In this document: piece after piece, positions 33,733 to 35,356 of the stretch
Layout: each line of letters starts with the position of its first letter
How positions within the stretch are numbered: position 1 is the first letter of the stretch
DNA from: Azolla caroliniana
Taxonomy: Eukaryota; Plantae; Polypodiophyta
Direction: 5' to 3'
NCBI GenBank assembly: GCA_043228905.1
Contig: JBHGNT010000316.1
Location: 1-35,356, forward strand
DNA length: 35,356 bases
Position numbers and translations under genes: made by a program
The notes under the pieces: model-generated
The model's input: the letters and a program-made list of their open reading frames with translations, nothing else
Databases searched by the model: none
Told to the model about the DNA's origin: nothing

Positions 33733-34503
33733 ATGGCAAAGCTTACTTCCGTATTCCTCATGGCCGTGATCATGCTCGCCGCGTGTACCGCGGCCAATGC
33801 TAGGTCTGTAGGGCGGGACCGTGAAGAGGAGCGACGCGATCGACGTCGTGAGGGAGACATTGACGAGGAGAGGCGCGATCGACGCCGAGAGGGGGAGTGC
33901 GAGCGACGTCGTGAGGGGTTCCTTGAGGAGGGGCGCCGCTACAGAGACAACAAGAGAGACTCCGAAGAGGAAAGGGAACGTCGTAGCCGTGGTCGCGATG
34001 AGCCACGTGACGAGGAACTGAGGCGAGAGTGCGGTGATTTCATCGACAAGCAGATCCGAGAGCTACAAGAGCGCTCCGAAAGAGAGGAAGGTGAACAAGG
34101 ACGTCGCTCCCCATGGATCGAAAACACTCGATACTCAAGACCCTCGGAACGGTGCTGCAGGAACGTCGAACGAATCCCCGCCGAAGATCGATGCGATCGC
34201 CTACGTGATGCCTTGTATGCTGACGAGGAGGAACGACGCAATGATGAAGGCCGACGCCATGGCCAACAATCAAGGGAACACCGTAGCTGGGAGGAAGAGG
34301 ACGAGGAGCGCGAGAGAGATAGCAGCCGTGAGCGACGAGAGGGTGACGAACGCCGCCACCGCATGTCTCGACGACAAGAGGACGAACGTCAACAACGTCG
34401 CCAATTCAAGGCCGATGACGAGGAAAGAGCTCTAGGCGTCGCCGCCTCCCGCCTACTCCAACAGTGCGATCTTCGCCCTCGTGCTTGTATTCGTCGCTTC
34501 TAA
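33733..34503 (+). CDS. 2S albumin-like storage protein precursor, copy 21 (256 aa variant)
   Basis: Translation identical to copy 17. Confidence 0.88.
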   Translation: MAKLTSVFLMAVIMLAACTAANARSVGRDREEERRDRRREGDIDEERRDRRREGECERRREGFLEEGRRYRDNKRDSEEERERRSRGRDEPRDEELRRECGDFIDKQIRELQERSEREEGEQGRRSPWIENTRYSRPSERCCRNVERIPAEDRCDRLRDALYADEEERRNDEGRRHGQQSREHRSWEEEDEERERDSSRERREGDERRHRMSRRQEDERQQRRQFKADDEERALGVAASRLLQQCDLRPRACIRRF

Positions 34504-35356
34504 ATAGTACATAAACCTTGTTCAAATTATTCTCGTGGTCTCTCTCTAATTTCTCGTAAGTGTTTACGAACAAGTGCGTCTCCCCAATCGCGCATTACAC
34601 CCACACGAACGTAAACACGAGCACCAACGTCCCTCCAACACGAACGTAAACACGAGCACCAACGCATAGAATTTGCCTATAGGGACCGCAAACCACCCAA
34701 ACGGAAAAGAAAACATCAAAGCAGGACACCCATACCGCACACGCCACGGCAACGGCTAAGGCTAAGGTCAACTTGTACACGCGGCGAATGTGAACTTGCT
34801 TCCACACTTGCCCGATAGGACACTCCTAGTGTGGTAGTCCGGTTAGCTTTCCTTGTCGTCGTCGTTACCAACCCCTCGTCCGTCCGAACGAGCGAGTACG
34901 GACACCGGTCTATCTACGTTCATCGATGTAGCACACTCGGGAGCCACCACTCGTCCCGCAGTAGCCTCCGCGTGCTTAGTGTCTCGGCACTAGCGCGTTC
35001 TAGTTTAATGTGCACGTGCCCGCACACCCCTACGCGCACGCGCGAGTGCGCACATTTACCTATGTATGTATAAATGTTATGTTGCTCGACAAGCTCTCGC
35101 GCGAGGAGGAGGAGTACCCGCTACAGGTTGCGCCCAGATTGTCTGGTGACAATACGACACCTAGGACTAGCCTAGACGTGTGGGAGGGTGGACTAGTTGG
35201 TATGGGTCTTGGGCAAGAGTTGTACGCAGGACACACACGTTATGGTAATGGGAGTGGTGAGTGACATGCATGTGCTCTGATTGCATGGCCATGTGTATAT
35301 ATTAAAGGTGGAGGGAGCAATGTCAATACAATCCATTAGGAGACAAGCACCGGGAT
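34504..35356 (+). promoter_or_regulatory. Spacer and promoter of a 22nd copy, truncated by the window end shortly before the expected ATG (35373)
   Basis: Same spacer sequence with G-box, RY and TATA; ends in the 5' leader at CCGGGAT. Confidence 0.85.

Larger units (their letters stand above)
1..35356 (+). repeat. Tandem head-to-tail gene array, unit 1655 bp (1630 bp for unit 1, 1704 bp for unit 16, 1640 bp for units 17-21); 21 genes plus a partial 22nd unit
   Basis: ATG positions 669, 2299, 3954 ... 25469, 27173 ... 33733 give spacings of 1630, 14x1655, 1704 and 4x1640. Coding and spacer sequence repeat almost base for base. Confidence 0.99.

Noticed and set aside
1-35356. rDNA, satellite or transposon tandem array
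   Set aside because: No rRNA similarity, transposase or RT ORF, terminal repeats or target-site duplications recognised; the unit is a protein gene with its promoter.

Overview
The whole window is one head-to-tail tandem array of a ~1.65-kb unit: 21 gene copies plus the promoter of a 22nd, with both array ends outside the window. Each unit carries a single intronless + strand gene (261 aa; 256 aa in the last five copies). The product has a signal peptide, is extremely Arg/Glu/Asp-rich, and has a prolamin-superfamily (2S albumin-like) cysteine skeleton C105...C146C147...C159...C250...C257. The 869-bp spacer holds a seed-maturation-type promoter (RY repeat CATGCATG, second RY core, G-box/ACGT elements, TATA box). 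This points to a land-plant seed or spore storage-protein locus, but the species cannot be read from the sequence. Copies are nearly identical. The few differences are two frameshifted copies (1 and 16), an in-frame 15-bp deletion in copies 17-21, and five substitutions, with shared variants falling in contiguous blocks, as expected from recent amplification by unequal crossing-over. The protein is atypical: it appears to lack the C1/C5 disulfide pair, has an extra Cys in a 13-aa N-terminal repeat, and has long charge-balanced R/E/D tracts. All other ORFs in the track are judged to be shadow ORFs.
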